Shown piece after piece: positions 19,373 through 30,300 of a DNA stretch of 64,000 nt. The notes beneath the pieces were generated by a model that did not search any database, had not been told where the DNA came from, and saw only the letters and a program-made list of their open reading frames with translations. The translations under genes were made by a program, and so were the position numbers. Position 1 is the first letter of the stretch. Each line of letters starts with the position of its first letter. Location: the IMG/VR virus record IMGVR_UViG_3300028886_000042. The stretch is one strand, 5' to 3'. This DNA comes from a virus. Lineage: Duplodnaviria; Caudoviricetes.

Positions 19373-21399
19373 AATACAGATTTAACATAAACGACGTTAA
19401 AAACAGGCTTGCATGGTTGGAATTGTCCGATTTCACTGTAAGCAGACTGTTCGGTGACGGTAATGAAGAAAAACTGATGCTGTCATGCTACTGTAAAGAA
19501 GAACTCCCGTTCCGTGAAAAGGGTAAGTTACTTGCAAGTTACGGTCAGGATGTACTTGATGACAATTCACTGACAAGAACGGCTTACAGGTTCAATACAT
19601 CATTCATTCCATCCGGTATAAACTTCGAAAACAGGTCGTTTTCACTGATTTTTGACCGTTTCTATGATACTGCCATAAGAATGTTGGGTATCTATGAGAC
19701 TGAGGAAGAGACCGAAGGAGGTGAAACGGTAAATACAAAGTGGTGGCTTCTGTATTTCAACGGGAAGCATCTGTTTGATGTTACAAACGGTGAAATATAC
19801 AAACTATACATAACATACGACTGTCCGGGCGGTTTTCCTTCTGTCATAGAGGAAGAGTATGAAGATAATATTCTTCCTGACGGCCTTGAAATACTGTATG
19901 TAAGTGATAAGATAGGAAAGGAAGTAAAGGAAGGTGTATATACAAATGCAGAGGTACTTACCGGAACTATTATCCGTGTAAAATACGATGTCCTTTTTAA
20001 GGATGATACACCGACGCTTCTGTATAATTCCCTATACTATACAGAAAACGGAGTATTGAAGTATAATCTCTCAAATGCAAGGTTTTTCCGTGACAACTTC
20101 ATTTTCACAACCGGTATGTTCGATTTGTACTACGACAAGCCGATGACCTCATTATCATTACCGTTAAGCAGTACTTTTTCAACTGATTTAATGGAGGATG
20201 ATGCCATAAGGACTGATTTTACGAATGCTGAAATAAGAAAAGCGATAAACAGTTCACCTGACATGGAGAAGGATGTATATCATCCTGTAATATGGAAAAC
20301 AGAGATGTTTTTGGACAAATATGTGTTAAAGTCAGGTGAAACCGGCAAGGATTACCTTAATGAAAAGGAATACAGCAGCCTTACTGAGGCAGAAAAGGAA
20401 AAGTATACTGTAAATGACAGTCCTGAAATACCTGATGACAATTACGGATATATAAAGGACAGGATATATAAGATACGATTCAATTTTCATTTCAGATGTC
20501 ATGAGGGTGAAGACTGGATAGCTGACAACAATTCTTTTTGGAACGGTGTTACTGTCAATGCAGAAGGTAAGCCTGAATTCGTTACGGATTATTTCGGAGC
20601 AGGTTTTACAAACAGGGAGGAGTTGCATTCGGATTTGCTATATTATCTGGGTTTCAACAACAAGGACGTAAGGTACCAGAAAAACAAACTTAAGAAATCA
20701 TTTATAAGGCTCATGTTTTTCGATTCGGTAAATCCGGCAAATCAGAATCTGTTGGCTTATTCCACGGTATTCCTTGACAGCGGACTGTATTTCAGCAAAT
20801 ACGCAAGGTATATTGAGAAGGAAGGCTATACATCAGTAGAGAAAAACGAGGATGACGGAAATTACATTGTTAAAAAGGACTTGACCGGTATAAAGGTTGA
20901 CAGGGAGCCTACCTCAACTTCACAGGAAGAAAAGATAACGAACAGAACAGATACGGACAAAATAGAGGAAGTGAGACTGAGTTCACAGATAACGGTAAGG
21001 GACAAGTATTCTTCCGATTCTTCAAGCGAGGGATTCTACCTGTATCTTTGGAAGGAAAATTTCCTTGGTACATATCCCCAGGACCTGTACATGAAGATTG
21101 AATTCAACCATGCGGGTTTCGGAAGGACGATACCGTTTATGTGTCCGTTCAATGAAGATATAAAGGGTTTCAAGTCATTCAGGGAAATACTTAAGGACTG
21201 GGATAATACAGTAAACGGTGAAGAAGCCGGTTATGGTATAAGGAAATTCCTTAAGTATTCATACATACATTTCAAGTATAAGTATGACAAAGTATCAGGA
21301 CAGCATCTGTATTACCTTGATGATGAGTTTTATGGTGATTCCGTGTACTTTAAGGACAATGCTATAACAATAAACCTCTACGAGGCCAAAATAAATTGA
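19366..21399 (+). CDS. putative structural protein (677 aa)
   Basis: Overlaps the previous stop; structural operon context. Confidence 0.6.
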   Translation: MLKYRFNINDVKNRLAWLELSDFTVSRLFGDGNEEKLMLSCYCKEELPFREKGKLLASYGQDVLDDNSLTRTAYRFNTSFIPSGINFENRSFSLIFDRFYDTAIRMLGIYETEEETEGGETVNTKWWLLYFNGKHLFDVTNGEIYKLYITYDCPGGFPSVIEEEYEDNILPDGLEILYVSDKIGKEVKEGVYTNAEVLTGTIIRVKYDVLFKDDTPTLLYNSLYYTENGVLKYNLSNARFFRDNFIFTTGMFDLYYDKPMTSLSLPLSSTFSTDLMEDDAIRTDFTNAEIRKAINSSPDMEKDVYHPVIWKTEMFLDKYVLKSGETGKDYLNEKEYSSLTEAEKEKYTVNDSPEIPDDNYGYIKDRIYKIRFNFHFRCHEGEDWIADNNSFWNGVTVNAEGKPEFVTDYFGAGFTNREELHSDLLYYLGFNNKDVRYQKNKLKKSFIRLMFFDSVNPANQNLLAYSTVFLDSGLYFSKYARYIEKEGYTSVEKNEDDGNYIVKKDLTGIKVDREPTSTSQEEKITNRTDTDKIEEVRLSSQITVRDKYSSDSSSEGFYLYLWKENFLGTYPQDLYMKIEFNHAGFGRTIPFMCPFNEDIKGFKSFREILKDWDNTVNGEEAGYGIRKFLKYSYIHFKYKYDKVSGQHLYYLDDEFYGDSVYFKDNAITINLYEAKIN

Positions 21400-21407
21400 A
21401 AAAAAAA

Positions 21408-23348
21408 ATGGATAAAATACAGAAAACAATATGCCGTGAAGAACTTAAATCACGTATATGCGGTTTATTTGCCTATTTGGAGGAAAATGACGCGGGTGTA
21501 TTCAGGCTGCATAAGGCAACTGATTCATCTGACGGCTGTTACGGCAAGATTATCGAGAATATAAAACTTCCCGAAAATGTAAAACTTGATGTCGGAAATG
21601 AAGTGGTATTAATGTCCGGTGGTACTTATTCATACCGTACACTTATGAATTACTATTATCAGTACAAGGACTATGACTTCAGTCTAAACGGAGGTGATAA
21701 CAGTTTCATATTTTTCATTGAAAAAGCAATAGGTAAGATAGCAGTCAATTTCACTGAACTTGGGCTTAATGACGAGGATAACGACCTTTTACCGGTTGTG
21801 GTGTACCTTGCAAATGTAAGGAATCTGATTAACACCTATCAGAAATTAAAGGTTGTATATGATTACTATACGGGCGGCTATACAGAAGAAGGCGGTAAAC
21901 TTGTTCCGAGTAAAAAGGATATAAATACTCTTGAGCCTGAAATATGCTGTACATGTTCAAAGTATGTCAGAATGGGAGGAACAATTATATATAACTGGTT
22001 GTTTAGTCTATTACCCCTTGCAGATGAAACAGCGACAGAATACTACGGATATGCTGATTCCGGTACATCATCCCTTAATTTTGACATAATGCTCAGACAG
22101 TCGGTATATGATATCGGTTATCTGTCATGCTATCTTAATGAATGGGTCGGCGGTGAACTGCATCATGAAGGTGAACTGTACACTTATAACGGAAACACCT
22201 ATGTATGTGTAAAGGACAATACCGATGTCTATAACAAGGAACTTATGAGGTTTGAGTTTGTGGAAGATGACGCACATTTCAGACGCATTGGTACGGGCAA
22301 TACATCGGATGACAGTGAAAATGACGATAAGCCTTGGTGGGAAAAATACAGCAGGATAATATCTTCTGACAACCGGTTCGGTAATGTATTCAATATTGTT
22401 GAATATGATAGTGACAACAATCCGAAAATAGCTGACGATTTCGTGCTTGAAGGTTCGTCAGACAGCAAGCTCGTCTCAATGAGAAGGTTCAAGACATACC
22501 TTAATGCTTCAGACACGGTTGAGACACCGGAAGATGGTGAAGACTGGCTTTATTATTACAGAATAGGTACTGTAAACGGGTATAAGGCCGTAACGGATGA
22601 CTTAGGTAACATACTTGATGCAGACAAACTTGAAGAAGGTATAGTACAGCCGGCAATAAGCAGTCCTACAACACTTGCAGCATACGGTAATGTAATAACT
22701 GCCATAACAGCAAACGAGAGTCTCAGGACAATTACGTTTGAATATGTTATAAATGCACATCTGATAGCCGAGAAAACCGAAATTGTGAAGGATGATGACG
22801 GTAATGAACTGTACAGATACAGTGATTTCATATATGACCCCTCTGACAGATATCACGGTGTAAAATATACGGAAACATACAGTTATGACGAAGGAAGCGA
22901 GCTTGATGAATTAGTAAAGAGAAAACCGGTAACTCCTAACACAGATAATGACGAGGAAGAGGAATATGTCGAGAAGTTCACATTTGACGAATATGTAAAT
23001 GACGTTAACGACAACTGTACGACATTCGGAAAATTTGCATTCAATACAACGAATTCAATAACAAGTTACAACAGGACAGTAAGTGATGAAAAAATGACAT
23101 TTTCATATATAAAAAGTGATTTTACGACAACTATAAAAAACGAAGCCGACTATTTATTTGCAGAAGTCTACAAAACGGATTATCTTAACGGTATAACATA
23201 TAAGCCGGAAGTTGAAAACAACGTAAGGATAGACAGAGGTAACTATTCTGCTTTTGAGCGTCACATAAAGCTGTCAGAGGTGAAAACGATGGAAGATATG
23301 GAAAACTATGCAAATAATTCGTTCTTCAATGTCCAAAAAACAAGTTAA
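21408..23348 (+). CDS. putative structural protein (~646 aa)
   Basis: ATG at 21408 after an A run; C-terminal V.IDRG..SAFERH.KL.E segment; operon context. Confidence 0.6.
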   Translation: MDKIQKTICREELKSRICGLFAYLEENDAGVFRLHKATDSSDGCYGKIIENIKLPENVKLDVGNEVVLMSGGTYSYRTLMNYYYQYKDYDFSLNGGDNSFIFFIEKAIGKIAVNFTELGLNDEDNDLLPVVVYLANVRNLINTYQKLKVVYDYYTGGYTEEGGKLVPSKKDINTLEPEICCTCSKYVRMGGTIIYNWLFSLLPLADETATEYYGYADSGTSSLNFDIMLRQSVYDIGYLSCYLNEWVGGELHHEGELYTYNGNTYVCVKDNTDVYNKELMRFEFVEDDAHFRRIGTGNTSDDSENDDKPWWEKYSRIISSDNRFGNVFNIVEYDSDNNPKIADDFVLEGSSDSKLVSMRRFKTYLNASDTVETPEDGEDWLYYYRIGTVNGYKAVTDDLGNILDADKLEEGIVQPAISSPTTLAAYGNVITAITANESLRTITFEYVINAHLIAEKTEIVKDDDGNELYRYSDFIYDPSDRYHGVKYTETYSYDEGSELDELVKRKPVTPNTDNDEEEEYVEKFTFDEYVNDVNDNCTTFGKFAFNTTNSITSYNRTVSDEKMTFSYIKSDFTTTIKNEADYLFAEVYKTDYLNGITYKPEVENNVRIDRGNYSAFERHIKLSEVKTMEDMENYANNSFFNVQKTS

Positions 23349-23401
23349 GGCTTCCAAAACTATCAAAAATAAGGTATATTGAATATAAATCTGATTTGTC
23401 A

Positions 23402-24316
23402 ATGAACAGTACTTACGGAGTTGTTCGGAGTTCACTTATAGACCCTGCCCAAGATGTGCAGATTTACTATCATTACAGACCCAGCAGGAGTTCTGAAGAT
23501 TCGTCGTTCAAGAATTTCAGGGAGATAACGGATGTTAATTCGGTTCTGACTAATTCAAGCCTTGAAACGGACGAGAATGGAGCAGATAAACGTTTACCGG
23601 GTATGTATAACCTAAATTTGCCGCTTTCCATATTCGGCAAGAAGGGTATATATACCATATTCATAAAGCCGAAGGAATACAGATTCACAATAAAGGATGT
23701 AGGTTCGTTGGCTGCATATCCCGACATAAAGGGTATTGTCATTGACATGAATACGGTTGACAACCAGAGTCTGTTCGCCGAGGACAAGCTTGTAGGCTAC
23801 CGTATAGAATACTTTGAATATTCCGGTTCTTCACTTCAGAGACAGGACTATTACCGTCTGATTACGAGTAACAATATGTGCGAACCCGTATCACAGAACC
23901 TTACTTCTGCCAACACGAATTCAAACGGTTACAGATTCAACGGAAGCGGAAGCCTGTGCTTCATTACGGTAACACCTTCTACAAGTCCGGATTTCAAGAG
24001 TAATTCAGTCCCCTACATAGGAACGCCTAATCAGGAGATTGTCATAACGAATACGAAGTTTGACCCTGTAATGCTTGAGGTTGAAATGGTTGAACATGAC
24101 ATAGAGACGCTGAGTATCATGCAGGAGGGTAATATGGTAAGGAACCTTGACAAGGGTATTGTTTCATACTACAACTTCAATAATGAAATCTACAGACAGT
24201 ACGAGTTCTCAACCATTAAGGACAACTATAAGAAAACAAATGTTGCAGAGACTAAGTTCAGCAGGGACAACAACATCGACAACAGTTTGGACATAAATGA
24301 ATTGATGCAGGTTTAA
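23402..24316 (+). CDS. putative structural protein (~304 aa)
   Basis: Long ORF in the structural module; start is ATG 23402 or TTG 23396. Confidence 0.6.
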   Translation: MNSTYGVVRSSLIDPAQDVQIYYHYRPSRSSEDSSFKNFREITDVNSVLTNSSLETDENGADKRLPGMYNLNLPLSIFGKKGIYTIFIKPKEYRFTIKDVGSLAAYPDIKGIVIDMNTVDNQSLFAEDKLVGYRIEYFEYSGSSLQRQDYYRLITSNNMCEPVSQNLTSANTNSNGYRFNGSGSLCFITVTPSTSPDFKSNSVPYIGTPNQEIVITNTKFDPVMLEVEMVEHDIETLSIMQEGNMVRNLDKGIVSYYNFNNEIYRQYEFSTIKDNYKKTNVAETKFSRDNNIDNSLDINELMQV

Positions 24317-24325
24317 AAGAAGCAT

Positions 24326-27300
24326 ATGGCGAGGTACAGCAAATATCACAGTAACTATATTCTTAGCAGGGTACATCAGAATACTAAGCTTGGAAAAATT
24401 TGGCTCAGAGACTGGGTTACAATAGGAAGTCAGCATCAGATTGAAAAGGGTAAGAAGCCCTATTACAGCGATACTAACTTCCTGTTCACGGACAACTCAT
24501 ACCCGTCATATCATAAGAAGCACAATTTCGGAAAATGGGTTGCACACTGGATATACGATGACGTAAAGGATTCAAAGGAAGAGGCAAACAAGGTAAAGGT
24601 AAATACCTCAAGTAACGATATCCGTGACTTTGCCTATTATGGTTCTGCTGTCGAGTTGGTAAAATCATCTGTTTCGGATATTATAAACAGATTTCCTGCA
24701 AGTATCTCCATTTCAGTGGATAATGTTACTGTTCCGGACGGTAAGGGCGGGTTTACACCGGTAGACAGTTACAAGTATGTCGATAATCCGTTCAACCTTG
24801 ATTTCATACATACACTCTCAGATAAGGAAAAGGAAACGAACAATCCTGACAGGTTTCTTGCCGAGTCATACGAGAACTACCTTATAGACGGAAACCCCAT
24901 TACGAAATATGAAATACTTACAAGGAAGTTCGTGTATACTTCAGTTGGAGGTAATGATTATAAAACTACTACAAAGTATGTAAGTGACAGTTTTACTTTC
25001 AATAAGGACTATACTGAGGAAATAGGGTATACTATAGTACCTAAAAGCCTTAAGCACGGTAATGTTGAACTGCTTAACAATAAGGTTGAAATAACTGAAT
25101 TAAGTTATGTCAAGGATAATGTCACTGATGATATTACTGTTAAAACATACAACAGAAATACAGGTGAGGTAGTTATTGACAGTGATACGAAAACTTTACC
25201 TGACATAAGTGAAGTTGAGCATAGTGTTGCAGTAAAGAATACTGTAAGTGGTTATGGATTCAGAAGGATTCTTAATGAACTTCAGTATAACGGTACTGAT
25301 ATATCTGTTACCAGAAACACAAATTGGTCACAAGACCTTGGTGAAATCACATTGAATCCTAATTTCTACTATTATGTTGGGGATAAATGGATAGAGCCTA
25401 TTCCGGTATTAAAAACTGTACATGTGACATATCATACACGTATAAATCCTGACCCGCTTCATCCTGAAAAACCTTTAAGATACCTAAAGATTGAAGGTTA
25501 TGATGAAGAATTTAATATATTACCTGACAGCAAAGCCGACATAAATGAAATTGTTGAAGATTATACGTTTTACGGTTATACTCAACCTGATACTGAAAGA
25601 GAAACGGCTGACACAATAACCATTAGAACAGCAATAAACACAAATGGTTCAACAAAAATAGGAAGTGACAAATATACATTTACGGGTAATTATAAATTCA
25701 TTGTTTGGAATAGTACAGAAGGAACATACACTGGTGGTATAAAGGAATTACGTGTTAATAACAAGGAAGTTTATTACAATCAAGGCTCAAATACAATTGC
25801 ATTCGAAAATGATACTACCGGTAGTGGTATTTATTTAGGGTTTGAAGGCATTACAAATAACAATTTTACAGTTTCTTTTTTAAAAGAACATACTAATACA
25901 GATTTTGATTACTCGTTTACAGTACATCCCTGTTTATTACTTGACATAACAGATTACGGGAAGTACTATTTCGAGGTAAACGGACAAAGATACGGTTTTA
26001 CGACAACTTGCTATAAAACAAGTGACAGTCCGTATACTGTTAATTCAGATTTGGTTGTAAGCTGGCATGGTAATAGTTTAAAGTTAATTCAGAACGGTTC
26101 CGCGTTAGTAACAAGTACTATAACAGATGAAACCGCTAATGTATTGTTATACAAGGAGAATGTAACCTATCCTGTATATACATTCATACAGTGCACAAAG
26201 GACGGTGTACCGCAAGGATGTTATCCTCTTGACTGTAAACCTTCAAACTGGATGCCTAAATTAAGTATACCTGTTTCATGGGATGTATATGTAAAGGACT
26301 GTTCTGACTGTACTGACGGTGAATGTTATGTACCTGTACTTATGAGTAAGGAAATACAACCGGAGGGTAAGAATGAGAACATGGCACTATATGAGGTAAC
26401 TGTAAACGATACCTATAAATTCTACGGTTATATCAAGGACGGTGAGGAGGTTATACTTACTGACAACGAAAATGCAGTAATAACCCCTAAAAGGGAAATG
26501 GTTGACGAGTTTTTCTCAAACCTTGACGGTTTCGAGAAGCAGTTGCTTACGCTTGATTCAAAGCCCGTATATTCTAATTCATTCCTTACTCCTATTGAGG
26601 GTGAACTTACCTACAAATATGTATACCGCGACTACACATGGCCTTCAAAGGAGGTGATATATAATACAGAAGAACAGAACGCGACTGAGGGAATAACATA
26701 TCACCTTATTGACATAGGTTCTGAAGTATATGCTGAATATCTGTCAAAACTCCTGGATATGGCAGGTGTATTCGATGAATTGTGGTGCGACAATCTGTAT
26801 AAGAACATGACGCATGAATCTATCAAGAATTTCGACTGGACTTATACAAGGGAATATAATGAGGGCGATGAGGAAGATAATATTGAAGGCGGCAACAGGA
26901 TGCAGAAACTTATACGTGTATACGGACGTTTCTTTGATGATATCAAGCGTAATATAGACGGCATAAAGTTTTCGGCAAACAATACTTATGACGGTAACAA
27001 CAATGAACCGGATGCCGAGATTTCAGACAGACTCGAAACAAGCGGATGGGATATAACCTCTGTAATACCTGATATAAATGACAATAATCAGGGCTATATT
27101 AATAAGGAAACACGTATTCTGATAACGGAAGAGGAGTGGAGTAAACTTGACACCGGTGAACAGGCAAATTATGAACCCGCCTATTATGATGAAACAAACC
27201 TTGTATTCTTAACAGAAACAGAATATAATGATTTGGAAGAAGGTAAGGAAAGATTCATGAAGTATTATCCTGCCCTTGATTTAACAGGTGTTACGATTGA

Positions 27301-30300
27301 CAAGAACTTTATTGAAGGGTATAATCTTCAGGGAGAAAAGAACAAGTTGGAGTGGTTCGGTTCGTTAAGTTCTGAAAACCTTACATGTACGAAGTCTGAG
27401 ATAGATTTCATGAAAAAACTGTTGTTATGTTCTGACAGAATATTCAACACAAAGGGTACGAGACAGTCAATTGAAATGGTAATGGGTATGTTCGGACTTA
27501 CTGATGAGAAATTAAGTGAAGAAGATGAACCGGATTATGAGATTGAGGAAGGCTATTACACAACAAAACCTATAAGTTATGATGATAATTACGAAAATAT
27601 AGCTGAGATTAATTCATCTAAGAATTATCCTAGACAGTATGATGATGCTTACAGCGGTATTCCCCTTAATGACATTTTTATATGGGTTAAAAAAGATGAT
27701 GATGAGGACGAAAAAGAACTTAAACGCTATATAATACCGTATTATACCCAGAAACGTAAATACGACGGTGATTTCGTATTCGAGAGCAAAGGCGGTTGGG
27801 GTAAGATGAACAACGTCATCGAAACAGAGGATGAAGGAACCAAAGTAATTGAAGGTGAATACATGGAAACAATGTCATATCTCCATGTTGTAAGCAGTTT
27901 CGGTGATTTACTGTCACTTAATCCTAATTCACTCAATGAAGGTGACATATATTATGTTGCGGACATATCCACATATTCAGGATATGTAGCCGTTCTTCCT
28001 GATAATGTTTCGCATTTCTTCCATCTTAAGGAGGAAGTGACTGACGGTGATGAGATAATCTCAGAGAGCGGTATATATAATCCGCAGTTGCCTGAGTCGT
28101 GGGAAAACGTAGATATAAACGATAAGGAAGGTACTGTAAGTAAGAAGGCAAGATATCTGAACAGCCTTATTTCAACTAATACAGGTAACAATCCCCATGT
28201 AGGGTATGGACTATATGACGGTGGTAATGAATACAGACAGTACATGGAAAAACCGTTCAAGTATTCACTGGATGAATATCTGCTGCCTAATGACATGGCT
28301 GAAGAGGCTGAGAATATAGGTTTCGAGTTAAAAGAGGAGTTCACAAGAAAATATAACGGTAAGGTGATGAACCTTATAGATACATATAATACGGCAGATA
28401 ACAGCAGTGCTGAGGATAACAATGAAGATGAACCCTTAAAATATTACCTTAACCGGAAATATCTGAAAATAATAAATAAAAAAGGAAAGGACAACGAAAT
28501 GTTCAAGAAGTATTTCATAGACGTAATACTGAAATTTATCATGCAGATTATACCTTCAAGTTCAATTCTGATACTTGAGAATTTCAAGTCAAGCGGTAAG
28601 ATTGTTGAATACGGTGATATACATATCACATACAATTATACTGATAAGATAAAATGGGATGGAAGTAATAGCATAAAACCTGTATTTGACTATTACGTAG
28701 ATGTAACATATGAAGATGGTTCAACCGGAACTATCAGACCTGAAGATGCCACTATAAATTTCACGACTACTTTGGGTCAGATTGACAATAAGGGTGTTAT
28801 AACCGTGAGCGAGAAAAACGAAAACGAGGAAGATAAGGACGGTACGGCAACTGTTGTTGTGGCATATAAGGATAAAACAGAGAGTGTAGATGCTGTTTTC
28901 TCACAAAGCGGTAAGAAGATTGACAGTTACAGTGATATGAAGATAACATATAAATACAAAGAAACCGGTTACAACATTTTCCCGCCAGGTGAAGTTTCCG
29001 GCCAACCTTTCATCGAAATAGAACAGACATTCTACTATACTGATGGAACTGTGGAAACTGTAATCTGTAATACATATGGTGAAATTACCGATTATTATGA
29101 CAGTGTAGAATACGAAGTCATCAGAGGTGCTGATAATGTCGATGTTGAAGATACCGGTTTTATTAACATTCATGCCAACCATAACAAGGAAATCAGACTT
29201 GCAGGAATCGTAAAAGTCACTATTAAAAAGGGTGAAGAAGAATACTCAAGTACTGCTGAAATATGGCAGAACGGTTTACTTGTCGAATATGGTGAGGTGA
29301 CTATTGAAACATTCGAATATGACACCATACCTTCAAGCGGTGGAACTGTCACGCCTAAACTATCATGGAAACAGGATATAATTTACAAAGATAAAGAAGA
29401 AAGTCCTGCATATACAGAAACCGTAACAATAACAAATGACCCGTCTGCAACTGTTACATACAGCGGTGATTTTGTTACAAGCGGTAAAAGCGGAGTTGTA
29501 GTAAAGAATACACCTAACACTTCGGAAGAAGAAACTGAGGTAGGTACTGTGACTGTTACTATTATTTCAAACGGTAAGCAAAATAGTAAACCTACAACAC
29601 TGAAACAGGAGAAAAAGGACATTGCCGGTTATGGTAATCTTGAAATTACCGAGTTCACTTATCCGCAGATTTCCGTAAAGGGTTCTGAGGAAGCTGTTAA
29701 ACCGACGATTAAGGTAGTTGAGTATGAAATCTATACTGACGGAAGCCGTGTTAAGAAGGAATACAACAGCATTGAGGAAATCAGGGCTGTTGAAGGTGCG
29801 AATGTTGAATTTACTGATACAGAGGGTATTGTTGAACAGACAGACGGTGGAGTAAAGAAGGAAACACCTAATCTTACACCTGATACTGTAATTGTTGACA
29901 GTGTAAACGTGAAGGTTACACTCCATGATAATGTAATAACCGCTAATTACTTGGTTACACAGGGTTCAAGGGTGATAGAAAGTTATGGTAATGTTGAGTT
30001 GTTGACAGGTATTGACAAAATATATGAAATTGCAAGTTCAGCAAGCGGAAGCAGTACATCCCCACATTTTGAATATAGACAACCCATAGTTTATACTGAC
30101 AGTTCAACTGAATATGAATATAACAATCCGAAAGCCTTGATTTCATACACTGCTGAAGGTACACTAATCGGTAACAGCGAAGTGGATATCATAACCGGTA
30201 AGGTAACGGTAAATGAAGCAAATACTAATGTAGGAGAAGGCTCAAGGGAAATCGGACGAATCAAGATAAATATGAGTTGCAACGGAAAGGGTTGGGATTC

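Noticed and set aside
21390-21410. Programmed frameshift at the A10 run joining the 677- and 650-aa genes
   Set aside because: The run begins at the last base of the stop codon, so it cannot bypass the stop. A-rich leaders before ATG are normal for Bacteroidota translation initiation.
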